A stretch of DNA of 20,224 nt from positions 156,324 through 176,547 of the forward strand of contig JAWLBL010000012.1 of NCBI GenBank assembly GCA_041687695.1, read 5' to 3'. The position numbers were made by a program, and so were the translations under genes. This DNA comes from Myxococcota bacterium. GTDB lineage: Bacteria > Myxococcota_A > UBA9042 > PHBI01 > JAWLBL01. Positions 10,871 through 18,989 of the stretch are shown here, piece after piece. The number at the start of each line of letters is the position of its first letter. Within the stretch, counting starts at the first letter, position 1. The notes beneath the pieces were generated by a model. The model saw only the letters and a program-made list of their open reading frames with translations, ran no database searches and had not been told where the DNA came from.

Positions 10871-11922
10871 AGGCGTCGGCGACCCTCTTGGCCCTGGCGT
10901 CGGCCGCGACGCTGACCCTCACCCCGCGCCCCGCGCCCGCCTGCGGGCCGCCGCTGGCCTCGATGCACCGCCAGGTGCAGCCCGCGCCCGGCGCCGAAGG
11001 CGTGCCGACCAACGCCGAGGTCCGCGTGACCTACCGCGGCTGCGTCGACGCGCTGGTCGAGGCGGGCCTCGCGCCGTCGCTCGAGACGGCGGCCGGCGCC
11101 GAGGTCGCGGCCACGGTCGAGCGCGTCGAAGACGCCAAGGCGCTGGGCCGGGTTACCTTCGTGCTGCGGCCCGAGGCCCCGCTCGCGGCCGGCGCCGACC
11201 ACCGGGTCGTCGATGGGATCCGGGTCGGCGGCGAGCTGGCCTCGTCCTGCACGGACTACCAGGCCCAGGCCGACGACGTGACCGCCTTCGCCACCTTCAC
11301 GACCGGCGCCGGGGCCGACACCGCCCCGCCCGCCTTCGCGGGCCTCGATGGCGCCAGCGCCGAAGCGGAGGCCTGCCTGGACGTGTCCTGCTGCGAGCCG
11401 TACGCCATCCAGCGCGTCACGCTGGCCTTCACGCCCGCCACCGACGACATGCTGCCGGGCGAGCTGCGGTACAACGTCTACGCCCAGTCCCAGGCGTCGC
11501 CGCTGGCCCGCTATGTGAAGGACCCGGTGGGTATCGCTTGCGATCGCCACCCTGACCCACCGCTGGGCGCCTTCGCCCTCCCGAGCGAGTCGCCGGCCAT
11601 GCTCTACGTCCACGCCGTCGACCTGGCCGGCAACGAGGCCGGCGCGTCGACCCCCGTGGCCGTGGCGTTCGACTGCAACGGCGACTCCGCGGCCGAGCCG
11701 GGCCCCGAGCCCGCGGCCGAGCCGGGCCCCGAGCCCGCGGCCGAGCCGGGCCCCGAGGAGCCGGCCGACACCAACGCCGGCGCCGAGTCCGAGCCCGACG
11801 CCGCCCCCGCGCCCAACACCCGGGGCTCCGGCTGCCAGGGTAGCGGTGCTGGCGCGATGGCTCCGCTGCTCGCGCTCTTGGCCATGCTCATGGGGCTCCG
11901 GTCCCGCCGCCAGCGCAGCTGA
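10867..11922 (+). CDS. Exported Ig-like domain protein with a MYXO-CTERM-like tail, paralog 2 (351 aa)
   Basis: ATG at 10867 overlaps the paralog 1 stop (ATGA). Colinear with paralog 1 (GVPTNAEVRV, LETAAG, FTTGAG, CC.PY, PATDD.LP.ELRY.VYAQ, AVDLAGN). Tail GSGCQG-hydrophobic-RSRR. Confidence 0.87.
   Translation: MKASATLLALASAATLTLTPRPAPACGPPLASMHRQVQPAPGAEGVPTNAEVRVTYRGCVDALVEAGLAPSLETAAGAEVAATVERVEDAKALGRVTFVLRPEAPLAAGADHRVVDGIRVGGELASSCTDYQAQADDVTAFATFTTGAGADTAPPAFAGLDGASAEAEACLDVSCCEPYAIQRVTLAFTPATDDMLPGELRYNVYAQSQASPLARYVKDPVGIACDRHPDPPLGAFALPSESPAMLYVHAVDLAGNEAGASTPVAVAFDCNGDSAAEPGPEPAAEPGPEPAAEPGPEEPADTNAGAESEPDAAPAPNTRGSGCQGSGAGAMAPLLALLAMLMGLRSRRQRS
11687..11757 (+). repeat. Intragenic 24-bp tandem repeat x3 encoding (AAEPGPEP)n
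   Basis: ccgcggccgagccgggccccgagc at 11687, 11711 and 11735. Confidence 0.85.
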
Positions 11923-12149
11923 CGCACGTCGAGCCAGGCCGCCAGACTGGTCCGCCGAGGCGAGATCCACGGGGACGGGCGAGATACCGCGCGTTGGCCC
12001 AGTCGAGGGTTCGGGGCGTCTCTGCCAGGCTCCTCGCCGCGTCGAACCTGCTGCTGCCAGCCGCCTGCGACGACCAGCGTCGTGGCGCCAAGTGCTGTGG
12101 CGAAGCCGCCGTACGGCGACGCCGGCCCTCCGTCCGGGCTGACGCCCCG

Positions 12150-12424
12150 CGGCCATCCCCATCGCCGACCAGCACCTCACCACGGGCCACTTCCGCCAGC
12201 CGGCCCGCCACGGCGACCTCCTCTTCATCGAGGGCGCCGCCGGATCCCGCTCGACCGCGGCCTCGGCCTGCTCGCCCACGACGAGGCCACCCTGGCGCCC
12301 CGGCCAGCGCGCCCCTGGACCGCTCGCCGAGCGATCCCGCGCTCGACGGCCCCGCGTCGCATCGACATGGGCTCCGCGGGCGTCCGCGTCTCCCGGTTCG
12401 ACGCCGCGACCTGGAGCGTCGGAC
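12150..12424 (+). pseudogene. Probable frameshifted gene remnant
   Basis: Protein-like, GC3-biased fragments in different + frames: AIPIADQHLTTGHFRQPARHGDLLFIEG in one, LDRGLGLLAHDEATLA and RIDMGSAGVRVSRFDAATWSV in another. No intact start. Confidence 0.35.
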
Positions 12425-13540
12425 TCAGTCCGGCAGGCGGGTCCGGACGCCCGCGCCCCACCAGACGTGGTTGGTCTGCTTGATCACCTTGCTCGACCCA
12501 TCCGTCGTGTTGACGACCAGGACGTCGCCCTTGGCGTCGAAGGCGAAGGCGCTGGTGGTCCAGCCGGCGACGCCGTACAGCTCGGAGTAACCGGTGATGG
12601 CGCCGAAGTCCGCGACGACCTGACCGTTCTTGGGGTCGAGCAGCACGAGGTGATCGTGGCCGGCGCCGGCCTTGTTGGCGGTCGCCCAGGTGCCCAGCCC
12701 CTCGATGGAGTAGGCATCGCCCGAGGACGAATACGACCCGCCGAAGCTGCCCAGCTTGGACACGGACACGGGCGCCGAGCCGGCCGGGAAGGCGGGCGTC
12801 AGGCGGTGCCAGCCGCCGTCGTTCGAGATCCCGACCAGGACGTCCTCGTTGGGGTCGAGCACGCCCTTGGGGACCAGGGTCAGGCCGTTGAAGGACGTGG
12901 GGAGCCCGCCGAGATCCGTGCAGACCGCCGTCTGCGGGTGGCAGGTGTACAGGCGGTCGAAGCTGACCCCGTACAAGACGCCGTGGCGGTCGATGGCGAT
13001 GTCGGTCATCTGGTGGCCGCCGCCGTCGTTCGGCCAGGCGAAGGCGCCCATCTCGGCGATCAGGTAGGTCTTGACGTGCAGCGTGAAGAGCTTGGTCGAC
13101 GTGTGCGCGTAGACCACGTCCGGCGCCGCGACGCCCGGCCTGAGCGGATCGAAGGGCCACAGGTCGTTGGCGTTCGGCACGGTGTCGCCGTCGACGTCGG
13201 GGTCGCAGGCGTCGCCGACGCCGTCCTGGTCGTTGTCGAGCTGCCCCGCGTTGGGAATGGAGGGGCAGTTGTCGACGTCGTCCGGCACGCCGTCGTCGTC
13301 GAAGTCGGCCGGCGGTGGGGGCGTGCCGGGGTCCAACTCGACGTCGGAAGCCGCGTCGGGCGCCGGCGCACCGACATCGCCACCGGTGTCCTGGAGCACG
13401 GCGTCCTCGACCGCGTCGGCGAACACCACGTCGTGGACGGCGTCGGTGGCTTTGGCGTCCTCGCCGGCCGCCGGGCCGGGGGCGTCGGAACAGCCGGCCG
13501 CGCCCAGGGCGACCGCGAGCAGGGCGTGTCTAGGCTTCAT
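12425..13540 (-). CDS. Lipoprotein with thrombospondin type-3 (Ca-binding) repeats and a C-terminal beta-propeller-like domain (371 aa)
   Basis: Lipobox [52 protein letters not shown]; blade-like [16 protein letters not shown] and FNGLTLVP. Confidence 0.85.
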   Translation of the reverse strand: MKPRHALLAVALGAAGCSDAPGPAAGEDAKATDAVHDVVFADAVEDAVLQDTGGDVGAPAPDAASDVELDPGTPPPPADFDDDGVPDDVDNCPSIPNAGQLDNDQDGVGDACDPDVDGDTVPNANDLWPFDPLRPGVAAPDVVYAHTSTKLFTLHVKTYLIAEMGAFAWPNDGGGHQMTDIAIDRHGVLYGVSFDRLYTCHPQTAVCTDLGGLPTSFNGLTLVPKGVLDPNEDVLVGISNDGGWHRLTPAFPAGSAPVSVSKLGSFGGSYSSSGDAYSIEGLGTWATANKAGAGHDHLVLLDPKNGQVVADFGAITGYSELYGVAGWTTSAFAFDAKGDVLVVNTTDGSSKVIKQTNHVWWGAGVRTRLPD

Positions 13541-13547
13541 CCGGCCC

Positions 13548-13576
13548 ACCATGCGAAGCCGCCCCGGAGGTGTCAA
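13548..13576 (-). promoter_or_regulatory. Sigma70-type promoter TTGACA-N17-CATGGT; predicted +1 at or near the ATG at 13540
   Basis: Minus strand: TTGACA (13576-13571), 17-nt spacer, CATGGT (13553-13548), then 7 nt to the ATG. Confidence 0.5.
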
Positions 13577-13588
13577 CGCCAACGATGG

Positions 13589-14779
13589 TCAGCGGACCCG
13601 GTGGACGACCCGTCCCTCCGCCTCGCCCATTCGCCAGCGGGTCTCCACCTCGAGCGCCCGCCGGTCGTCGGCGGGGGCCTGCAGCGCGACCTCGACGTCC
13701 AGCGTGGCGTCGGCCGCGACCGGCCGCGGCTCGAGCGGCAGAAAGGTCTTCTTCCAGTGCGTCTCGGGGTCGGCCGGCCCGGTCGGCAGCTCGACGCCTT
13801 CGCACAGGTCCAGGGTGAACCAGCCCATCAGGCCTACCAGCTCGCCCGCCGGCAGCCCCTCGAAGCGCGCCGTCCCGCCGACCACCGCGCCCATCCCCGG
13901 GTAGGGCACGTCCGCGATCACCGCCCCCGGGTGCATCAGCGACTCGGGCAACGCGTCCTGTGTCATCGCGCGCCCCAACGCCGGCTCACGCAGCGCCGAC
14001 AGGTCCACGCCACGATAGGTGCCGAAGGCGTCCATCGCGTCGTCGAAGGCCCCGCGCGCCCCGACCGGGGCGACGTGCAACCTCACCCCGCGGGGGATCA
14101 CCTGTCCGTCGGGCTTCAGGTTGCGCTTCACGCAGGCCTCCAGATCCGGCGCGCTGCCCTCGGCCAGCGCTAGCGCCCCGAAGGTCTCGGTGACGATCAC
14201 GTCCACCGGCTCGGGCAGCTGCACCGTCCCAAAGTCCCCCCGAATCAGCCGGATCTGCTCGTCGACGCCCGATCGCCGCGCGGTCTCGGCCGCCACGTCC
14301 ATCAGCTCGGAGCGATCGACCGCGTAGACGACCCTCGCCCCCGCCAGCGCCGCCAGGCACGCCAGCACGCCCGACCCGGTCCCGGCGTCCAGCACGGCCA
14401 TCCCCGGCTTCACCACCTGCGCGATCGCGTCGGCGTAGGCGTCCAGCCGCACCTTGTCGGCCAACATGCGCCGGTGCACGTCGATGGCCCCGAACCCCTC
14501 GAACATGGCCGGCGTCGCGTCGGCCTCGCCCTCGGCCACCAGGAACCCGACCTGCGCCAGCTTGCGAAACAGCGCCGCCCCCTGCGGCCCGAAGTTCTCG
14601 GCCACGTCGTCCAGCGTCCTCGGCTCGGAGCAAAAGGCGAGCAGCAGCGCCGACTGCGGCGGTACCCGCGCCGCGATGCCGGCCGAGGTCGACCGCAGCC
14701 TCAGCGCCCCTCCCGCTTCGAACGAGGCCGTCAGATCGGTCAGGCGCACCAGCGCCACGTCGTCTCGAGATGTGCTCAT
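13589..14779 (-). CDS. PRMT-like (protein arginine methyltransferase family) SAM-dependent methyltransferase with an N-terminal wHTH/RRE-like segment (396 aa; alternative GTG start at 14788)
   Basis: FEGFGAIDVHRRMLAD, motif I VLDAGTGSGVL, VYAVD, double-E loop VDVIVTETFGALALAE, LKPDGQVIP, GWFTLDL and the LPTGP..ETHW loop. Confidence 0.85.
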   Translation of the reverse strand: MSTSRDDVALVRLTDLTASFEAGGALRLRSTSAGIAARVPPQSALLLAFCSEPRTLDDVAENFGPQGAALFRKLAQVGFLVAEGEADATPAMFEGFGAIDVHRRMLADKVRLDAYADAIAQVVKPGMAVLDAGTGSGVLACLAALAGARVVYAVDRSELMDVAAETARRSGVDEQIRLIRGDFGTVQLPEPVDVIVTETFGALALAEGSAPDLEACVKRNLKPDGQVIPRGVRLHVAPVGARGAFDDAMDAFGTYRGVDLSALREPALGRAMTQDALPESLMHPGAVIADVPYPGMGAVVGGTARFEGLPAGELVGLMGWFTLDLCEGVELPTGPADPETHWKKTFLPLEPRPVAADATLDVEVALQAPADDRRALEVETRWRMGEAEGRVVHRVR

Positions 14780-14789
14780 GTCGCGCACC

Positions 14790-15692
14790 CTACCACCGAA
14801 AGGCCACGTCGAAGCGCGGCAACAGCTGCCAGTCGTCCGGCCCCGGGAAGTCGCCCGCCGACAGCCACCACCCCGCCTCGACCCGCACCGACGACCCGGC
14901 CCGCCAGGCCAGCCCGGCCGAGTGGTTCCAGACGGGGCTGCCGTCCTCGTACTCGCCGCCCAACAATACGAAGAGCGTCACGTCGGCGAAGTAGTCGAAG
15001 GGGCCGGCGATGGGCCCCTCGGCGGCCAGCGTGGCGTCCAGCGTCGCCCCGTTCACCCAATGCGCAGTGCGCTCGTACAGGTACCAGAGATCCGCCGTCG
15101 TCAGGTTCGCGCGCCCGAAGGAGGCCGCGGCCCGGACGCCCGCGCGCGCGGTCAGCGCGTGTCGCCGGTCCTCGGTGGAGGGGGCGCGGGGCAGCCCCTC
15201 GGGCAGCCAGGTCGCCAGGACGTGGGAGTGGAACGCCACGATGGTCGGCGTGACCGTCTCCTCGGCCCACAGGCCGCCCGTGCCTGCGCGCGACAGCGTC
15301 TCGATGAGCGGCGTCGGGTAGGCCAGCGTGTGCTCGGACGACAACACCAGGTGCTCCGACGCGCGCCACAGCACCTTGGCCGTCAGGTTCGGCATCAACA
15401 GGTTGGCCAGGGCGTGCGTCGACAGCTCGACCCGCTCGGTCAGTCCGTAGCGCAGCGGCGCGAAGACCCCGATCTCCCAGTCGCCCGGGGCGACGGTGCG
15501 GGCGGTCTGCCCCGACCACGGCGCGTGCGGCGTCGGCACGGACGACTCGGGCAGCGATTGCTCATCCGCCTCGTGCGCCTCGAGCTTCGGGCGCAGCTCA
15601 TCCGGGCCGGCAGGCCCCTGAGGCGCAGCGAAGGCGTGCGCCGACGCGACCAACGACAGGACGCCGCAACAGGCTCGTACGGGTGCCTTCAT
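14790..15692 (-). CDS. Exported hypothetical protein, probable outer-membrane beta-barrel (300 aa)
   Basis: Signal peptide MKAPVRACC..ASAHA; ATG overlaps the upstream stop. Alternating amphipathic strands and a C-terminal FDVAFRW ending in an aromatic residue. Confidence 0.72.
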   Translation of the reverse strand: MKAPVRACCGVLSLVASAHAFAAPQGPAGPDELRPKLEAHEADEQSLPESSVPTPHAPWSGQTARTVAPGDWEIGVFAPLRYGLTERVELSTHALANLLMPNLTAKVLWRASEHLVLSSEHTLAYPTPLIETLSRAGTGGLWAEETVTPTIVAFHSHVLATWLPEGLPRAPSTEDRRHALTARAGVRAAASFGRANLTTADLWYLYERTAHWVNGATLDATLAAEGPIAGPFDYFADVTLFVLLGGEYEDGSPVWNHSAGLAWRAGSSVRVEAGWWLSAGDFPGPDDWQLLPRFDVAFRW

Positions 15693-16816
15693 GGCGCCAG
15701 CTCCAAGTCGACGGCGACAGGTGCGTGGTCGCTGAGCGGCATGGTCGGCAGGCAGGTCCCCGCCTCGCAGCCCGGACCGTCGAACTCGTCCTGGAACGTC
15801 ACGCCGGATCCGGGCACGAACCGCCCGTTGGTGAAGAGGTAGTCGAGCTTCCGGTTCCAGAACGCCCGCCCGTCGACCGTATGCGTGAAGTAGGCCGCGT
15901 TGTCCGCCTGGTAGTCGGCCAACGGCGTCTCTGGGTCGTACTTGGCGTACAGACCCGCCAGCACGTCGGCCTCTTGCGAGTAGTCGTCGTCGCGGTAGGC
16001 CTGGTCCGTGCACACGGCGTCGGGGAAGTCCTGCACCTTGTCGGAGCCGGGCGGCAGCGTGTTCAGGTCTCCTCCCGCCACGAACGTCTTGCCCTCGGCC
16101 GCCAACTGGTCCAGGTGCTGCTCGAACAGCGCGATCTGCCGCTCCTTGGTTCCGTCGTGCGAGTACGCCTCGGTGTGCACGACGACGGTCCACAAGCCGC
16201 CTTCGACGCCGGGCACCTCGACCCGCGCCTCGAGCAGCGCCCGCTGCAGGTAGAAGTAGCGCTTGAGCGCGTCGTACTCGCCGACCAGCGGCAACGCCAG
16301 CCGCTTTGCGTCGTGGAGCGGCCAACGCGAGAGCACCGCCTGACCCGAGTCGACCCGGCCCACCCCGTCCGAGGGCACGAAGTCGGCCCGCCACTGCGAC
16401 GCATAGGCGGCGTGGTTCAGGTCGGTGTGATCCAGCAGGTACTGGACCTGATCGATGTACGCGCTGCGCTTGGAGGCGACGTCGACCTCCTGGACGAACA
16501 ACACGTCCGGGTCCACCTCGCGAATCTTGGCGGCGATCCCGTCCAGATGGGCCCGGACCTCGGCCGCCTTCATCACCCCCCGGTTGCCGTGACAGTCGAA
16601 GAAGAAGTCCAGCCGCCCTCCCCCGTACTTCACGTTCCAGTTCATCACCCGCAACGAGCCGTTCGGGGCCGTCGCCGGCTCGGGCGTCCGATCCGCGTAC
16701 ATCACCGCCGGCTCGACCGGCTCGAACTGGGTGTCGAACACGTCCCACGCTTCGCACCCGCCCGAGGCCACCGTCGCGATCAGGCCCAGCGCTCTCCAGG
16801 ACATCACCCGCCGCAT
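15689..16816 (-). CDS. Endonuclease/exonuclease/phosphatase (EEP) family lipoprotein (375 aa)
   Basis: GGAGG RBS before the ATG at 16816; lipobox-like ASGG-C. Motifs LRVMNWNVKY, DVLFVQEVD, VHTE, GGDLNT, KLDYLFT and LSDHAPV. Confidence 0.9.
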   Translation of the reverse strand: MRRVMSWRALGLIATVASGGCEAWDVFDTQFEPVEPAVMYADRTPEPATAPNGSLRVMNWNVKYGGGRLDFFFDCHGNRGVMKAAEVRAHLDGIAAKIREVDPDVLFVQEVDVASKRSAYIDQVQYLLDHTDLNHAAYASQWRADFVPSDGVGRVDSGQAVLSRWPLHDAKRLALPLVGEYDALKRYFYLQRALLEARVEVPGVEGGLWTVVVHTEAYSHDGTKERQIALFEQHLDQLAAEGKTFVAGGDLNTLPPGSDKVQDFPDAVCTDQAYRDDDYSQEADVLAGLYAKYDPETPLADYQADNAAYFTHTVDGRAFWNRKLDYLFTNGRFVPGSGVTFQDEFDGPGCEAGTCLPTMPLSDHAPVAVDLELAP

Positions 16817-16839
16817 CGCCACCTCCCGGTCCCACGCTC

Positions 16840-18441
16840 CTAGCCGACTCGCCCGGCCGCCGCAACCCCAGCCCTGGCCCGCCGCTGCCGAATCGGCGCC
16901 AGCGCCGCGCCCATGTCCAGCCGCTCACCCCGCCACCCGGGCAGGTTCGTCGCGCGGTCGATGGTCACTCCGGCCTCGCGATTGGCCGCCTCGACCCGCC
17001 GCCCGCCCCGGACGATCGCCGGACGCGCCGGCACCACCGGCAGCTCGGAGCCGTCGGGACGCCTGAACACGACGCGCACGCCCTCGCGCGCAACGGTGAA
17101 TCCCCCCTCATGCACCAGCGCGTGGTGGCGACGACACAGCAGCACCAGGTTCTCGAGGCTGGTCTCGCCTCCGTCGGCCCAATGCCGCAGGTGGTGACCG
17201 TCCACGTGCCGACGGTGGTCGCACCCCGGGAAGCGACATCCCCCGTCGCGAATCCTCAACGCTCGGGCGATCGCGGGCGGAATGCTGCGCGTCTTGCGCC
17301 CGATGTCGAGCGGCTGCCCTGCCCCGTCCACGACGACACCCAGCAGCGACGCGTCGCAGGCCAACCGACGCGCCGTCTCGGGTGCGATGGCTGGACCGCC
17401 GTCGATCTCGCACCGTCCCGGCGGCCCGTCCTCGGCGAGCGTGTCGGCCTGCACATGCACCACGACCTGATGCCTGCGTCCGCCATCGAGCCCCAGCGGC
17501 TCGCCGTCGGCGGCGGCCAGGAACCGCTCGGCCATCATCACGAGCCCGTCCGCATGACGCGCGCTCACGGTCTCGGCCTCGGCGCCCCGAGGCGGCATCG
17601 AAGAGGCGAACTCGACCGCGCCATCTCCCCGCGCTGCGCCGTCCCGCTTCACCTCAACCGTCTGCGCTCCCGCCTGCTGCACTTCGGCCCGCTTCTCTTC
17701 GTCCCGCTCCCCTTCTGCGCGCTCCATGTCCGACGTCGCGTCGCCAACCTCGGCACCATAGCCGGTCTCGGCCGACCCATGACCAGGTCCCTCCCCCGGT
17801 CCCGCCGCTCGCTCGGACTGGGTGCGCGCCGCTTTGCGCAGCCCGTCGACCGCCGCCCGCAAGCCCTCGAGAAACAGCGCCCCCTCCTCGGGAGGCAGGC
17901 TGGCCCGGACGATGAGCGCCCCATCCTCGTCCCAGTGCCAGGTCAGCTCCCGCTCGCGCCGCATCCGATCGGCCTGCTTGCGAGCCTCGCGTCGATCCAG
18001 CTTGCGCTGCTCGCTGACGACCCGCTCGACGTGCGCCGCCGTGCCGGTCTTGGCCAGATACAACAGGTAGTCCTCGGTCTCGGGGCACGCGACGCGCGTC
18101 ACCGCGCGCACCTTCGAATAGCTCACCTCGCCCGCCCCGTAAGCCTGGGACAGCTTCGGCAGCCCCTCGAGCGCCCGGGCCACCCTCACCTTCTCGCGCG
18201 CAGCGTTCAGCCCGATGCCGCACCGCCAGCTGAGCCAGTGGGCGCACGACCGAACGCCCTCGCCCGTCCAGGCGCCGCGGCGGTCGAACACCGCGAGCAT
18301 CCGTAGAAAGCGGCACTCGGCCGCGTCCAGATGAGCGGCCGCCGCCGCCAGCCGGTCCCCCAGCTCGTCCCGCGACATCGCCTCCAACGCCTCGGCGCTC
18401 ACCTCGCCCAGGGGCGAATCGACTTCGTGTCCTTCAGCCAC
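16840..18441 (-). CDS. DUF222 (13E12-like) domain protein with a C-terminal HNH endonuclease (533 aa)
   Basis: AGGAGG RBS and GTG start. DUF222-like SCAHWLSWRCG..GEVSYSKVRAVTRVA and ETARRLACDA. HNH region RDGGCRFPGC..DGHHLRHWADGGETSLENLVLLCRRHHALVH. Confidence 0.92.
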   Translation of the reverse strand: MAEGHEVDSPLGEVSAEALEAMSRDELGDRLAAAAAHLDAAECRFLRMLAVFDRRGAWTGEGVRSCAHWLSWRCGIGLNAAREKVRVARALEGLPKLSQAYGAGEVSYSKVRAVTRVACPETEDYLLYLAKTGTAAHVERVVSEQRKLDRREARKQADRMRRERELTWHWDEDGALIVRASLPPEEGALFLEGLRAAVDGLRKAARTQSERAAGPGEGPGHGSAETGYGAEVGDATSDMERAEGERDEEKRAEVQQAGAQTVEVKRDGAARGDGAVEFASSMPPRGAEAETVSARHADGLVMMAERFLAAADGEPLGLDGGRRHQVVVHVQADTLAEDGPPGRCEIDGGPAIAPETARRLACDASLLGVVVDGAGQPLDIGRKTRSIPPAIARALRIRDGGCRFPGCDHRRHVDGHHLRHWADGGETSLENLVLLCRRHHALVHEGGFTVAREGVRVVFRRPDGSELPVVPARPAIVRGGRRVEAANREAGVTIDRATNLPGWRGERLDMGAALAPIRQRRARAGVAAAGRVG

Positions 18442-18473
18442 GCTCCGGCCTCCTGATTCAAAGGAAGAGGAGC

Positions 18474-18502
18474 ACCGTGCCTGAACGCACGTTCCGTGTC
18501 AA
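18474..18502 (-). promoter_or_regulatory. Sigma70-type promoter TTGACA-N17-CACGGT for the DUF222-HNH gene
   Basis: Minus strand: TTGACA (18502-18497), 17-nt spacer, CACGGT (18479-18474), about 32 nt upstream of the GTG. Confidence 0.6.
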
Positions 18503-18514
18503 CACCCGTTCAGC
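18480..18514. promoter_or_regulatory. Two tandem LexA (SOS) box candidates
   Basis: Box 1 (minus, 18496-18480) CGGAACGTGCGTTCAGG has 1 mismatch and box 2 (plus, 18498-18514) GTCAACACCCGTTCAGC has 2 mismatches to the recalled Myxococcus LexA consensus CTRHAMRYBYGTTCAGS. Box 1 also fits GAAC-N4-GTTC. Confidence 0.65.
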
Positions 18515-18825
18515 GCCATCATCGTCGTTTTCCTGATATCGCAATACCTACATGCAGTTACAATGACACGACCGCCTGCTGGAGGTCACCGAGGGCGGCG
18601 GAGAAGCGAGCGCGAGTCGATCGCCCGCAGCCCGGTAGAATCGGTCGAAAGTGCCACGCCAGCATCGGAGGTTGCGTAGCGTGGCGGATGGTGCGGGCGA
18701 CGCCGTGCCGTCGCGGTAAGCGGGAGGCCGCATCTCGGAGGCGTAGCCGGGCGACCAGGGCCTTGCGCGTCCAGGAGGCGCGCCGCGGTCGCCGTGCAGG
18801 TCTCCGCGGCGGCGCAAAGGGCTAG

Positions 18826-18989
18826 GAGGCTGTAGTGAATAAGCTGATTCGCCGGCTCCGGCCGATCTTGGGCAGCTCCGGCCCCGGGAGACGCTGCGGC
18901 GAACCGCTCGGTTCACCTCGGTCTCCCGGAACCGGATCTGCTCCAACCTCGGCTCGGATCCGACAAATCCCATTATTCACTACAGCCTC
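18826..18989. mobile_element. 164-bp MITE (non-autonomous IS derivative) with 17-bp perfect TIRs and flanking CTAG duplication
   Basis: CTAG (18822-25) + GAGGCTGTAGTGAATAA (18826-42) ... TTATTCACTACAGCCTC (18973-89) + CTAG (18990-93). The interior is also an imperfect inverted repeat centred on gaaccg-ct-cggttc. Confidence 0.85.

Noticed and set aside
13589..14779. Annotation as PrmA (L11 methyltransferase)
   Set aside because: Only motif I is shared. The double-E loop, THW loop and C-terminal barrel region point to the PRMT family.
10153..16928. N-terminal extensions in the ORF track (589 aa for paralog 2, 712 aa for the barrel protein; likewise for the mrp genes)
   Set aside because: The extensions overlap upstream genes in another frame. 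True starts are marked by ATGA overlaps, RBSs and signal peptides.
6055..18306. Other long overlapping ORFs (6055..7704, 7083..8600, 8021..9739, 10420..12279, 12467..14173, 14454..15842, 16306..18306)
   Set aside because: Low-complexity alternate-frame or antisense ORFs overlapping genes with clear motifs.
16840..18441. DUF222-HNH as the transposase of the MITE, or as an IscB/Cas9-like nuclease
   Set aside because: No DDE or RuvC motifs are recognisable, and the MITE TIRs do not flank the gene.
18496..18973. ORFs 18496..18825 and 18548..18973
   Set aside because: No RBS, atypical codon use, and they overlap the LexA boxes or the MITE.
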